A stretch of 64,000 nt of DNA, from NCBI GenBank assembly GCA_902578775.1, contig CACHEF010000006.1, forward strand, positions 2,534 through 66,533, read 5' to 3'. Made by a program: the position numbers and the translations under genes. Positions 11,420 to 21,726 of the stretch are shown piece after piece. A model generated the notes under the pieces. That model was not told the DNA's origin and did not search any database. It worked only from the letters and a program-made list of their open reading frames with translations. The stretch comes from an uncultured Pelagibacteraceae bacterium (lineage in GTDB: Bacteria; Pseudomonadota; Alphaproteobacteria; Pelagibacterales; Pelagibacteraceae). Position 1 is the first letter of the stretch; every line of letters starts with the position of its first letter.

Positions 11420-12170
11420 AAAGAACTTTTCTTAAATTATTTGCTGCAGATAACATGATTGACAAAATTTTTTTTAAATCATTTATATCTTTTCTACTTT
11501 TTGCGGTATGGGTAGATAAACAAAAACATAATTCCTTATTTTGATTAAAAATTGGGACAGAAACTCCAACCATTCCATTAAACCACTCTTCATCATCAAA
11601 AGCGTATCCTTGATTTTTAATTTTTTTTAATTCTTTTTTAAATTGTGAAATTTCTGTTATCGTATTTTTTGCAGTTTTAGGTGTTTTGATATTTTTAAAT
11701 ATTTGAATGACCTTTTCTTCATTAATTGATGAAAGATATAATTTTCCTGATGCAGAAGCATGTAAAGGAAGATGATCTCCTGCTTCTAAATTTAATTGCA
11801 TAGGCCAATGGAATTCTATTCTATCAAAATAAACAAGTTTAGTTCCAATAGGTATTGATAGACTAACTGTTTCTTCTATATCGTTAGTTAATTTTCGTAA
11901 ATATGATCTCCTCAAAGTAAAATTTGGTTCATAAGGTAAACTTTTTAAAATCAAATTTCTTATTTTTGGTCCAGGAAGGTATTTTTTTGAACTACTTGCT
12001 ACTAAATATTTTTCTTCACATAAAGTTTCGATATGTCGATAAATTGTTGGTAAGGGTATTTTTAATTTATGGGAAATTTTTTTCGCAGTGAAATTATCAG
12101 GATCAATCACAATTTCTTCAAGAATATTCAATATTCTTCTGGGAGATGTTCTGCTACTTATTTCTGTCAT
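11409..12170 (-). CDS. IclR-family transcriptional regulator
   Basis: N-terminal wHTH ([10 protein letters not shown]), [13 protein letters not shown] and [17 protein letters not shown] signatures. Confidence 0.93.
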   Translation of the reverse strand: MTEISSRTSPRRILNILEEIVIDPDNFTAKKISHKLKIPLPTIYRHIETLCEEKYLVASSSKKYLPGPKIRNLILKSLPYEPNFTLRRSYLRKLTNDIEETVSLSIPIGTKLVYFDRIEFHWPMQLNLEAGDHLPLHASASGKLYLSSINEEKVIQIFKNIKTPKTAKNTITEISQFKKELKKIKNQGYAFDDEEWFNGMVGVSVPIFNQNKELCFCLSTHTAKSRKDINDLKKILSIMLSAANNLRKVLFKD

Positions 12171-12195
12171 TTTAAGTTAAATTTTTTTAAAAAAT

Positions 12196-13689
12196 TTAAG
12201 ATAAAACTGGAATTGTAAACTCAGGTCCTGCATTATCTTCTACCCAAGTCACAGTTGCAGTTTTTAGCTTAGTGTAAAATCTTACACCTTCAGGTCCATG
12301 CATGGAATGATCTCCAAACAAAGATCGTTTCCATCCTCCAAAGCTGTGGTAGGCAACTGGCACAGGAATTGGTACGTTTACTCCTATCATTCCAATTTTT
12401 GCATTTTCAGTAAAATGTTTAGCAATGTTTCCACTCTTAGTAAAAACAGCTGCTCCATTTCCTAATTCATGTTCATTTACTAAATTAAGAGCTTCTTCAT
12501 AGGTTTCAGTAGTCATCATACTTAATACTGGTCCAAAAATTTCCTCCTTATAAATTTTCATTTCAGGTTTTACATCGTCAAAAATTGTTGGTCCTACGAA
12601 ATATCCTTTTTCATAACCTTGTTTTTTAAAGTTTCTTCCATCACTTAATAATTTTGCACCTTCTTTTTCTCCAGTATCTATGTATCCCAAAACTTTTTCA
12701 AAGTGTGCTTTGTTATTTAAAGGACCAAAATCGCTTTTTTCATCTGTATAAGGACCAACATTAAGTTTAGCAGTTTCCTCTAATAATTTTGTTTTTATTT
12801 TTTCTTTAGTTTTTTTTCCTACACAGACTGCTACAGAAATAGCCATACATCTTTCCCCAGCTGATCCAAAAGCTGATCCTATAATAGCATCTGTAGTTTT
12901 ATTAACATCAGCATCTGGCATTATAACCATATGATTTTTTGCTCCACCTAATGCTTGTACTCTCTTATTATTTTTTGTACCAGTATGATAAACATATTCA
13001 GCAATTGGAGTAGAACCAACAAAACTAATTGCTTGAACTGTTTTATTTTCAAGTAGTGTATCTACTGCTTCTTTATCACCATTCACCACATTTAAAACTC
13101 CAGCAGGTAGACCTGCTTCAATTGCTATTTCAGCTAACCTCATTGGGCAGCTTGGATCCTTTTCTGATGGCTTTAACACAAATGTATTTCCACAAGCGAT
13201 CGAAACTGGGAACATCCACATAGGTACCATAGCAGGAAAATTAAATGGTGTAATACCAGCACAAACCCCAAGAGGCTGTCTTAGTGTATGAGAGTCAACA
13301 TTAGTTCCAACACTAGTAGAATGATCACCTTTTAAAGAGTCCGTAATACCTGTTGCGTATTCAACTACTTCTATTCCTCTCTGAATAGAGCCTTTAGCAT
13401 CTGCAATAGTTTTACCATGTTGTTCAGAAACCATTACAGCCAACTCTTCCATATTTTTTATTAGAAGGTCTTTATATTTTGATAAAATTCTTGATCTACT
13501 TATAGGAGTAGTCTTTGACCATTTTAAAAATGCTTTCGAGGAGCTTTCAATAGCTTTTTCTACAGTTGCTTTACTTGCGAGCTCAACCTCAGCAATTTGT
13601 TCACCAATAGCGGGATTAAATATTGGACCTTTTCTAGATTTGCTATCGCTAAATATTTTACCGTCAATAAAGTGATTTACTGTTCTCAT
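12196..13689 (-). CDS. mmsA: CoA-acylating (methyl)malonate-semialdehyde dehydrogenase (MmsA/IolA/DddC family)
   Basis: ITPFNFPAMVPMWM, KPSEKDP, SFVGSTPIA, GGAKNH, GSAGERCMA and GVNVPIPVP motifs. Confidence 0.93.
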   Translation of the reverse strand: MRTVNHFIDGKIFSDSKSRKGPIFNPAIGEQIAEVELASKATVEKAIESSSKAFLKWSKTTPISRSRILSKYKDLLIKNMEELAVMVSEQHGKTIADAKGSIQRGIEVVEYATGITDSLKGDHSTSVGTNVDSHTLRQPLGVCAGITPFNFPAMVPMWMFPVSIACGNTFVLKPSEKDPSCPMRLAEIAIEAGLPAGVLNVVNGDKEAVDTLLENKTVQAISFVGSTPIAEYVYHTGTKNNKRVQALGGAKNHMVIMPDADVNKTTDAIIGSAFGSAGERCMAISVAVCVGKKTKEKIKTKLLEETAKLNVGPYTDEKSDFGPLNNKAHFEKVLGYIDTGEKEGAKLLSDGRNFKKQGYEKGYFVGPTIFDDVKPEMKIYKEEIFGPVLSMMTTETYEEALNLVNEHELGNGAAVFTKSGNIAKHFTENAKIGMIGVNVPIPVPVAYHSFGGWKRSLFGDHSMHGPEGVRFYTKLKTATVTWVEDNAGPEFTIPVLS

Positions 13690-13759
13690 TTAAGTTTATT
13701 TTTTAAAATAAACTATAACACGTTTTTTTTGATTGCAATATCTATTCCTTAAATGAGAA
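13683..13759. promoter_or_regulatory. Pair of inverted 12-bp boxes (CTTAAATGAGAA), candidate IclR operators
   Basis: TTCTCATTTAAG at 13683-13694 and its exact reverse complement at 13748-13759. Confidence 0.5.
13712..13738 (-). promoter_or_regulatory. Putative promoter of mmsA-iclR
   Basis: Minus strand TTGCAA-N15-TATAGT with a TGn extended -10. Confidence 0.4.
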
Positions 13760-13788
13760 AAATATTATCAATTAAAGGTTATATCTGG

Positions 13789-13818
13789 TTGACTCATCAA
13801 TTTAGTTAAGCTTAGACT
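13789..13818 (+). promoter_or_regulatory. Putative sigma70 promoter of the Fe-ADH/TRAP operon
   Basis: TTGACT-N18-TAGACT, followed by the purine-rich RBS AAGGGG before the TTG at 13846. Confidence 0.5.
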
Positions 13819-13845
13819 AAGGCATTAATAAAGAAGGGGAATAGC

Positions 13846-15033
13846 TTGATAAAAAGAGATAACGTTCGAGTTTGTGTGCCAAGATATATGCAGATTGGCA
13901 AAGGTAGCCTTAATCAGCTTCCAGAAATTTTAAATATAATCGGTTCAGTAAAATCTCCCTTAATAGTAACTGATAAACAAATGGTAAAGTTCGGTTACGT
14001 AAAAAAGCTCCAGGAATTACTTAAAAAGGCAGGTCTAACTTCGAGTGTTTTTGATGACACTATACCAGATCCTACTGACACGGTAGTTTTAAATGGTATT
14101 GATATTTTAAAAAAAAATAAAAATGATGCTGTAATTGGCTTTGGAGGGGGAAGTCCTATTGATACTGCAAAAGCAATAGCAGTGCTTTCTCAATACAGTA
14201 AAAATATTCAAGATTATAAACCACCTTCTACTTTTGATAAAAAAGGACTACCAATTATTGCTATTCCAACTACCGCCGGCACCGGTTCTGAAGTTACTCA
14301 TCACTCTGTAATTATTGATACGAAAAGTAACAATTTTGAGAAAATTTCTTGTAGGGGAGAAGGATTTGTTCCTATTGTTGCTATTGTTGACTATGAACTG
14401 ACGCTCTCAAAGCCAAGAAGATTAACTATTGATAGTGCAATTGATACATTAACCCATGGTATTGAAGCTTATGTGAGTAAAAAAGCGACTATGTTTTCTG
14501 ATAGAATGGCATTGGACACTATAAGACTTGTTCAAGAGAATATTTTTGCAGTTGATAAAAATCCAAAAGATTTAAAAGCTAGAGAAGGTCTTATGTTGGC
14601 AGCAACATTGGGAGGCTTAGCTTTTTCAAATGCTTCCATTTGTTTAGTTCATGGAATGAGTAGACCGTTAGGTAGTAATTTTAAAGTTCCTCATGGATTA
14701 AGTAATGCAATGCTATTACCAACAATAACTGAATTTTCAATAGATCATGCAAAAAGTAGATATGCAGACTGTAGTAGAGCTGGAAATTTCGCGTCATTAG
14801 ACGATGACGACAACACAGCTTGTGAAAAATTAATTAAAGGACTTTATAAATTGAATAACGATTTTGATGTTCCATCTATGAAAATGTTTGGAATTGATAA
14901 AAAAAATTTTGAGGACCAGCTAGAAAATATGGCAACAGATGCAGAAATATCTGGGGCGCCGGGACTCAATCCAAGAGTGCCCTCTGTAAAGGAAATGATC
15001 AATCTTTATGGAGAAGCATGGAGAGCATTCTAA
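13846..15033 (+). CDS. Iron-containing alcohol dehydrogenase (DddB-like candidate hydroxy-acid dehydrogenase)
   Basis: GGGSPIDTAK, PTTAGTGSE, DTLTHGIEAY and HGMSRP..PHG metal-binding motifs. Confidence 0.92.
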   Translation: MIKRDNVRVCVPRYMQIGKGSLNQLPEILNIIGSVKSPLIVTDKQMVKFGYVKKLQELLKKAGLTSSVFDDTIPDPTDTVVLNGIDILKKNKNDAVIGFGGGSPIDTAKAIAVLSQYSKNIQDYKPPSTFDKKGLPIIAIPTTAGTGSEVTHHSVIIDTKSNNFEKISCRGEGFVPIVAIVDYELTLSKPRRLTIDSAIDTLTHGIEAYVSKKATMFSDRMALDTIRLVQENIFAVDKNPKDLKAREGLMLAATLGGLAFSNASICLVHGMSRPLGSNFKVPHGLSNAMLLPTITEFSIDHAKSRYADCSRAGNFASLDDDDNTACEKLIKGLYKLNNDFDVPSMKMFGIDKKNFEDQLENMATDAEISGAPGLNPRVPSVKEMINLYGEAWRAF

Positions 15034-15089
15034 ATGAGTTGGGAATACTCTTCATTTTTTAAACAACTCAGCAAACAAAAGAGGGGAAA

Positions 15090-16154
15090 ATGAAAAAACT
15101 AATAAAAACATCTGTTAGTTTTTTTGCTGTTTTTGCATTAATGATAACTTTTTCATTACAGCAAGTAAGTGCAGCAGAAAAAATTAGATGGAAAGTTCAA
15201 TCTACTTTTAATACTGGTTGGCCAGCACTAGGAGATCCTGTTGCTCGTTTATCAGATACATTAGATAGAGCGACTGATGGTAGAATTAAACTAAAGGTTT
15301 ATGAGCCTGGAAAAATACTTCCACCATTAGAAATCTCACCTTCAATTAGTAAAGGTGACTTACCAGCAGCTTATAACTACATGGCTTACGACCAAGGTAG
15401 AATTCCAGCAGCAGTATTATTTGCTGCAGTACCTTTTGGAATGGAACCATGGGAATACGCAGCTTGGTGGTTTGAAGGAGAAGGCGCTAAATTAGCTAAT
15501 GAAATATACAATAAACAAAATATTCAAGTTTTATTGTGTAGTACAATTGGACCTGAAACAGCAGGTTGGTATAGAAACCCTATAACTAGCTTAGCAGATC
15601 TTAAAGGATTAAAAATTCGTTTCTCTGGTTTAGGAGGAATGGTTTTAAATGAAATAGGAGCTTCTGCTACTCTAATGGCTGGTGGAGAAATATTTGCTGC
15701 TCTAGAAAAAGGAACACTAGATGCTACTGAATATTCTATGCCTGCGATTGATGAGGTTTTAGGTTTTCATAAAATCACTAAATTCAACCTGTTTCCAGGT
15801 TGGCACCAAGTATCTACTTCAACTCATTTCATGATCAATTTAGATTTATGGAAAAAAATGGGTGCAGCTGACCAAGCCTTATTCGAAATGGCTTGTACAG
15901 CAGCAGCTATGAGAGCAATTACAACTGGTGAATTTTTACAAGGTAAGCAAATTCAAAGCTTCCCAGGTAAAGGAGTAACAGCTGCTAGATTGCCTGATAG
16001 TGTATTGAGAGAACTACAAAAAGTTAGTGCTAGAGTAATGAAAGAAGAATCTGCTAAAGATGCTGACTTTGCTAAAGTGTGGGCTTCTCAACAAGCATTC
16101 ATGAAAGAGTATGATGTTTGGCAAAAATGGGGTTATTTACCTCGAAACTTTTAG
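15090..16154 (+). CDS. dctP: TRAP transporter substrate-binding protein (TakP-like monocarboxylate subfamily)
   Basis: Signal peptide, LKGLKIRFSG conserved Arg, EIFAALEKGTLDATE, FPGWHQ. Confidence 0.92.
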   Translation: MKKLIKTSVSFFAVFALMITFSLQQVSAAEKIRWKVQSTFNTGWPALGDPVARLSDTLDRATDGRIKLKVYEPGKILPPLEISPSISKGDLPAAYNYMAYDQGRIPAAVLFAAVPFGMEPWEYAAWWFEGEGAKLANEIYNKQNIQVLLCSTIGPETAGWYRNPITSLADLKGLKIRFSGLGGMVLNEIGASATLMAGGEIFAALEKGTLDATEYSMPAIDEVLGFHKITKFNLFPGWHQVSTSTHFMINLDLWKKMGAADQALFEMACTAAAMRAITTGEFLQGKQIQSFPGKGVTAARLPDSVLRELQKVSARVMKEESAKDADFAKVWASQQAFMKEYDVWQKWGYLPRNF

Positions 16155-16187
16155 TATTTAATACTCAAAAAGTTGATTATAATAATG

Positions 16188-16220
16188 AAAGCGGCCGGTT
16201 TTACCGGCTGCTTTTGTTTT
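16188..16220 (+). terminator. GC-rich stem-loop with T-rich tail between dctP and dctQ
   Basis: AAAGCGGCCGGT-TTT-ACCGGCTGCTTT followed by TGTTTT. Confidence 0.8.
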
Positions 16221-16234
16221 AAGGAAAAAAAATT

Positions 16235-16804
16235 ATGTCTAAAGATTTTACATCTGTAGAGAGCTCACTAGATAAAAAGCTACCGCTTAGACACACATCT
16301 ATCACAAAAAAAATAGATAATTTAGTTTTACAGATTGGTGAAGTTTTTAATTGGCTATGGGTATTCTTGGTAATTGTTATCATCTTGAACGTAGTTTTAA
16401 GGTATGTTTTTAAAAATGGAATGATTGAATTAGAAGAACTACAATGGCATCTTTACTGTATTGGTTGGTTAGTTGGTTTATCTTCGACATACATAGTTGA
16501 TTCTCATGTAAGAGTAGATGTTTTAAGTGAGAGACTGAGTTATAGAAAAAAATTATGGTTTGAATTATTTGGTATTTTGATTTTATTTTTACCATTTGTA
16601 ATCCTGGTCCTTTATTATGCAGTTCCTTTTTTTGAATTATCATGGACAACAAGTGAAAGATCAACATCTGCAAATGGTTTACCTGCAAGATGGTTTGTAA
16701 AAGGTTTTTTAGTAATTAGTTTTTTCTTGTTATTAATTTCAGGCATATCAAGAATAACAAGAATAATAACTACACTTCGATTTGGATTAGAGGATAAAAA
16801 ATGA
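16235..16804 (+). CDS. dctQ: TRAP transporter small permease
   Basis: 4 TM helices, VVLRYVF, EELQWHL and HVRVDV motifs. Confidence 0.93.
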   Translation: MSKDFTSVESSLDKKLPLRHTSITKKIDNLVLQIGEVFNWLWVFLVIVIILNVVLRYVFKNGMIELEELQWHLYCIGWLVGLSSTYIVDSHVRVDVLSERLSYRKKLWFELFGILILFLPFVILVLYYAVPFFELSWTTSERSTSANGLPARWFVKGFLVISFFLLLISGISRITRIITTLRFGLEDKK

Positions 16805-18165
16805 TTTCATTAGTTACTGAATATTTTTTAGCAATTGCACTATTTTTTAGTTTTATAACATTAATATTTTATGGATTTCCTGTAGCTTGGACTATGGGTG
16901 GTTTAGGAGTTCTCTTTATATTTATATCAATGATTTCTGATAATTTATTTGACACTTTTTATGGTGTGGATTTCGGATTTGCTTCAATGGTGGTTTACCG
17001 GCTTTACGGTGTCATGGCTAACTGGGTTTTAGTTGCATTACCAATGTTTATTTTTATGGGAATAATGATGGATAAGTCCGGTATTGCAGAAGATCTGATG
17101 ACCGATCTATCTAAATTATTTGGTAAAACAAGAGGTGGACTTGCAATCTCAATTGTATTCATTGGAGTTTTGCTTGCTGCTTCCACAGGAATAATTGGTG
17201 CTGCAGTGGTATTACTCACAATTTTAGGTGTGCCATTAATGTTAAAGAATAAGTACAATCCAAATTTAGCATGCGGAGTAGTCTGTGCCACTGGAACACT
17301 AGGAATTTTAATTCCTCCTAGCATTATGCTCGTAATCATGGGAGATCAAGTTCGAATATCAGTTGGAGATTTGTTTATGGGAGCAGTATTTCCGGGTCTA
17401 TTACTTGGATTACTTTATACAATATTTATTGTTGTTTATGCTTATATGAACCCAAAAGCAGCTCCGTTACCAAAAGATGCTGAACCAGTAGATTTTAAAA
17501 TAGTTTTAAGGGTACTTAAATCTATAATACCACCAGCACTATTAATAGTAGCAGTTTTAGGAAGTATATTTATGGGGATAGCTACACCAACTGAAGCATC
17601 AGGGGTGGGAGCTTTGGGAGCATCTATATTGGCAATGATTAGAGGAAGATTGTCATTTTCAGATTTAAAAATTGTAATTAGAAAAACAACACATACTACA
17701 GCTTATATTTTTGCTCTTTTTGTTGGAGCAACTATGTTTGCATTAATTTTAAGAGGCTTAGGTGGTGATGAATTAATAGAGGGAGCTCTTAAAGCCTTAC
17801 CTTTTGGAACAAATGGAGTTGTAATTGTAGTTTTGTTTGTTGCATTCTTATTAGGGTTCTTCTTAGATTGGATTGAGATTACTTTAATTATTTTACCTTT
17901 TTTAGCACCTGTGATGGTTGATCTAGGTGTAGATTTGGTTTGGTTTATAGTAATGTTTGCAGTTGTTTTACAAACTTCATTCATAACTCCACCTGTAGGT
18001 TTTGCTTTATTTTATATGAAAGGTGTTGCACCTCAGGGTATTTCAATAACAAATATTTATAAGGGAATAATTCCATTTGTAATTCTTCAAGTAATAGCAG
18101 TTGCTATAGTATTTAATTTTCCTGAAATAGTTACTTGGTTACCAAAAGTTGCATACGGCCCATAA
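16801..18165 (+). CDS. dctM: TRAP transporter large permease
   Basis: ALPMFIFMG, GTLGILIPPS, ATPTEA and SFITPPVGFALFY motifs. Confidence 0.94.
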   Translation: MISLVTEYFLAIALFFSFITLIFYGFPVAWTMGGLGVLFIFISMISDNLFDTFYGVDFGFASMVVYRLYGVMANWVLVALPMFIFMGIMMDKSGIAEDLMTDLSKLFGKTRGGLAISIVFIGVLLAASTGIIGAAVVLLTILGVPLMLKNKYNPNLACGVVCATGTLGILIPPSIMLVIMGDQVRISVGDLFMGAVFPGLLLGLLYTIFIVVYAYMNPKAAPLPKDAEPVDFKIVLRVLKSIIPPALLIVAVLGSIFMGIATPTEASGVGALGASILAMIRGRLSFSDLKIVIRKTTHTTAYIFALFVGATMFALILRGLGGDELIEGALKALPFGTNGVVIVVLFVAFLLGFFLDWIEITLIILPFLAPVMVDLGVDLVWFIVMFAVVLQTSFITPPVGFALFYMKGVAPQGISITNIYKGIIPFVILQVIAVAIVFNFPEIVTWLPKVAYGP

Positions 18166-18182
18166 AATAAAAATTAATCAAC

Positions 18183-18626
18183 ATGAAAAAAATAAAATTA
18201 GTAATCATAATTGTATTTACATCAATCTTATCAAATTTTGCTAAAGCAGACCTAAATGAATCTTTAAAAAACTATTTAGATGGAAAAGATTTAGAAAAAG
18301 GATCAACACAAATATATCTTCTTAAAAGATGTAGTTCAGTTTATGCGTATGCATCTGGGATTGTTCTTAAGTCTGATGCAGTATCTTCAAAAAATTTTAT
18401 AGAGATTTCAAATAATTTATTATTTAAATCTGTAGAGTTAATGGTAATCGAAGAAAACAAAAAGCTAGAGGAAGCTCAAGAAGAAGCTGAAAATAATAGA
18501 AAAAAGTTATTCAGTAATTACATAGCGGATGGTAAAAAAAATTGGGAAAAAAATAAATCTCACTTCAAAGGCTCATATATATCAGATGATATGGCTATCT
18601 GCTCTAAGCTTATTAAAGAAGACTAA
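18183..18626 (+). CDS. Hypothetical exported protein
   Basis: Sec-type signal peptide (MKKIK-hydrophobic-AKA), helical, two Cys; family not recognised. Confidence 0.75.
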   Translation: MKKIKLVIIIVFTSILSNFAKADLNESLKNYLDGKDLEKGSTQIYLLKRCSSVYAYASGIVLKSDAVSSKNFIEISNNLLFKSVELMVIEENKKLEEAQEEAENNRKKLFSNYIADGKKNWEKNKSHFKGSYISDDMAICSKLIKED

Positions 18627-18686
18627 AATAAAAATTTAAATTTTTATTGAATAATTATAAGTTATCAATAAAAGATAAGCTCAATA

Positions 18687-19652
18687 ATGAAAAAAAAAAT
18701 TTCCTTAATTGGTGCAGGACAAATAGGTGGCACACTTGCTCACTTAATTGGAACAAAAGAAGTAGCAAACGAAGTAGTCCTTTTTGATGTAGCTAGTGGA
18801 ATTGCTAAAGGAAAAGCTTTAGACATTGCCCAATCGTCATCTGTTGATGGTTTTAATGTGAAATTTTCAGGAACTGATGACTATAAGGATATCAAAGATT
18901 CTGATGTAATTATTATAACTGCAGGAGTTCCAAGAAAACCTGGGATGAGTAGAGACGATCTATTAGGTATTAATTTAAAAATTATTAAACAAGTTGCTGA
19001 AGGGGTGAAAAAAAATGCACCTAATGCTTTTGTAATATGCATTACAAATCCTTTAGATGTAATGGTTATGGCTTTTCAAAAATTTTCAGGCTTAAGTGCA
19101 AATAAAGTTGTTGGTATGGCAGGAATTTTAGATAGTTCGAGATTTAAATTGTTTTTATCTTTAGAACTAAATGTACCTGTTAAAGAAATTGAAGCTATAG
19201 TTATGGGTGGCCATGGCGATACAATGGTTCCAATGCCTAGATTTACGAAAGTTTCAGGAAAACCTTTACTTGATTTAGTAAAAGAAGGAAAAATTTCTCA
19301 AGAAAGATTAGAAGAAATAAATCAAAGAACTAGAGATGGGGGTGCTGAGATAGTTAAATATCTTGAAAAAGGATCAGCATTTTATGCACCTGCAGCATCA
19401 GGAGTTCAGATGGCAGAAGCATACTTAAAAGATGAAAAAAAATTACTACCATGCGCTGTTCAACTAAATGGAGAGTATGGGGTAAACAATGTTTATGCAG
19501 GTGTTCCAGTGATTATAGGAAAAGGTGGAGTGGAAAAAATTGAGCAAATTGATTTAGATGATAAAGAAAAAAAAGAATTTATGCATTCTATCGATGCAGT
19601 TAAAGCTCTTTGGGAAGCAGCATCTAAAATAGATCCTGATCTTTCTAAGTAA
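18687..19652 (+). CDS. mdh: Malate dehydrogenase (LDH-like)
   Basis: [25 protein letters not shown] and GGHGD motifs. Confidence 0.97.
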   Translation: MKKKISLIGAGQIGGTLAHLIGTKEVANEVVLFDVASGIAKGKALDIAQSSSVDGFNVKFSGTDDYKDIKDSDVIIITAGVPRKPGMSRDDLLGINLKIIKQVAEGVKKNAPNAFVICITNPLDVMVMAFQKFSGLSANKVVGMAGILDSSRFKLFLSLELNVPVKEIEAIVMGGHGDTMVPMPRFTKVSGKPLLDLVKEGKISQERLEEINQRTRDGGAEIVKYLEKGSAFYAPAASGVQMAEAYLKDEKKLLPCAVQLNGEYGVNNVYAGVPVIIGKGGVEKIEQIDLDDKEKKEFMHSIDAVKALWEAASKIDPDLSK

Positions 19653-19654
19653 TA

Positions 19655-20815
19655 ATGAATATTCACGAACATCAAGCAAAGGAAATTCTAAAGAAATATG
19701 GAGCAATTGTTCCAGAGGGTGTCTTTGCTCTTACTGTTGATGAATTAGTAGAAAAAGCAAAATCATTAAATACAAAAAAATATGTTTTAAAAGCCCAAAT
19801 TCATGCTGGTGGTAGAGGAAAAGCAGGTGGAGTAAAAATATTAGATACTATTGAAGAGTTAAATGAGGCAGCAAAAAAAATGATGGGAAAAACTTTAGTC
19901 ACTCATCAAACAGGTCCTGAAGGAAGAGAAGTAAAAAGATTGTATGTTGAAGAATTATCAAACATAGATAAAGAGTTTTATTTATCCTGTTTAGTAGATA
20001 GAGCTAGTTCTAAAATAGCTTTCATATCGAGTGATCAAGGTGGAATGGATATTGAAGAAGTAGCAAGTAATTCACCTAAAAAAATTATAACAACAAAAGT
20101 TGATCTAAGTAATAAAATTTCAGACAAAGATTGTGAAGAGATAATTAAAATCTTTAACTTAAGTGATAGTGCTAAAATACAAGCACTTTCACTAATAAAA
20201 TCAATTTATCAAATGTTTATAAGCACAGATGCAAGTATGATTGAAGTCAATCCATTAATTTTAACTAAGGAAGAAAAAGTAATATGTTTAGATGCAAAAG
20301 TAAATTTTGACTCAAACGCATTATTCAGACATCCTGAAATTATTGAACTAAGAGATTTGAATGAAGAGGATCCAACAGAAATAGAAGCAAGCAAACACGA
20401 TCTAGCTTATATAAAATTAGACGGAAGTATTGGCTGTATGGTTAATGGTGCAGGTCTCGCCATGGCGACTATGGATATAATTAAATTATATGGAAAAGAG
20501 CCAGCTAATTTCTTAGATGTTGGTGGCGGTGCTTCAATAGAAAAAGTTTCAGCAGCTTTGAAGATAATTCTATCAGACAAAAATGTTAAAGGAATTTTAG
20601 TTAATATTTTTGGGGGAATAATGAGATGTGATGTTCTTGCTCAAGGGGTGGTAGATGCAGCTAAAGAAATAAATATTAATGTTCCATTAGTTGTTAGACT
20701 CGCAGGGACAAACTTTAAAGAAGGAAAAAAAATATTAGATAATTCAGGATTAAAATTAATATCAGCTGAAAATTTAGATGATGCAGCGAAAAAAATTGTA
20801 GAGGCAATTAAATAA
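19655..20815 (+). CDS. sucC: Succinyl-CoA synthetase beta subunit
   Basis: [24 protein letters not shown] and [11 protein letters not shown] motifs. Confidence 0.98.
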   Translation: MNIHEHQAKEILKKYGAIVPEGVFALTVDELVEKAKSLNTKKYVLKAQIHAGGRGKAGGVKILDTIEELNEAAKKMMGKTLVTHQTGPEGREVKRLYVEELSNIDKEFYLSCLVDRASSKIAFISSDQGGMDIEEVASNSPKKIITTKVDLSNKISDKDCEEIIKIFNLSDSAKIQALSLIKSIYQMFISTDASMIEVNPLILTKEEKVICLDAKVNFDSNALFRHPEIIELRDLNEEDPTEIEASKHDLAYIKLDGSIGCMVNGAGLAMATMDIIKLYGKEPANFLDVGGGASIEKVSAALKIILSDKNVKGILVNIFGGIMRCDVLAQGVVDAAKEININVPLVVRLAGTNFKEGKKILDNSGLKLISAENLDDAAKKIVEAIK

Positions 20816-20816
20816 G

Positions 20817-21692
20817 ATGTCTGTTTTAGTAAACAAAAATACAAAAGTAATCTGTCAAGGTTTTACGGGTGCGCATGGTACTTTTCACTCTGAACAAGCA
20901 ATTAAATATGGAACAAATTTAGTCGGTGGCGTAACTCCAAAAAAAGGAGGTCAAAAACATTTAGATAGACCAGTATTTAATAGCGTAATCGAGGCAAAAG
21001 ATAGTGTTGGTGCAGATGCAACAATGATTTATGTTCCTGCTAAATTTGCTGCTGCTGCAATTATAGAAGCAATAGATGCATCAGTAGAATTAATTGTTTG
21101 TATTACGGAAGGTATTCCAGTCCAGGATATGCTTAAAGTAAGACAAAAATTAAATGGTTCGAAAAGTAGATTGATTGGACCTAATTGTCCGGGGATAATT
21201 ACTCCAGATGAATGTAAAATTGGAATTATGCCAGGTAATATTCATAAAAGAGGATCAGTTGGAATTGTATCAAGATCTGGAACTCTTACTTACGAGGCAG
21301 TAGCTCAGACAACTGAGAATGGTTTAGGTCAATCAACTTGTATTGGTATCGGAGGTGATCCAATTAATGGAACAAACTTTATTGATTGTTTAGATATGTT
21401 TTTAAATGATGAAGAGACGAAATCTATTCTAATGATTGGAGAAATTGGAGGCACAGCAGAAGAAGAAGCTGCAGACTTTGTTAAAAATCACAAAATCAAA
21501 AAACCAATAGTTGGATTTATCGCAGGAATTACAGCTCCCCGTGGACGCAGGATGGGGCATGCGGGAGCTATTATTTCAGGAGGAAAAGGTGGGGCTGAAG
21601 ATAAGATTACGAAGATGGAAGAATCTGGCATTACAGTCGCAAAATCACCCTCAATAATTGGAAAAACTTTATTTAATAAATTGTCAAATTGA
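20817..21692 (+). CDS. sucD: Succinyl-CoA synthetase alpha subunit
   Basis: [21 protein letters not shown] and RMGHAGA motifs. Confidence 0.98.
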   Translation: MSVLVNKNTKVICQGFTGAHGTFHSEQAIKYGTNLVGGVTPKKGGQKHLDRPVFNSVIEAKDSVGADATMIYVPAKFAAAAIIEAIDASVELIVCITEGIPVQDMLKVRQKLNGSKSRLIGPNCPGIITPDECKIGIMPGNIHKRGSVGIVSRSGTLTYEAVAQTTENGLGQSTCIGIGGDPINGTNFIDCLDMFLNDEETKSILMIGEIGGTAEEEAADFVKNHKIKKPIVGFIAGITAPRGRRMGHAGAIISGGKGGAEDKITKMEESGITVAKSPSIIGKTLFNKLSN

Positions 21693-21726
21693 AAAATAAT
21701 ATTAGAGGACTATATTAAATAAATAG

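Noticed and set aside
11400-18690. att-like direct repeats bounding the catabolic island (also checked at 27336-31737)
   Set aside because: No convincing direct repeat was seen by eye; island status rests on gene order only
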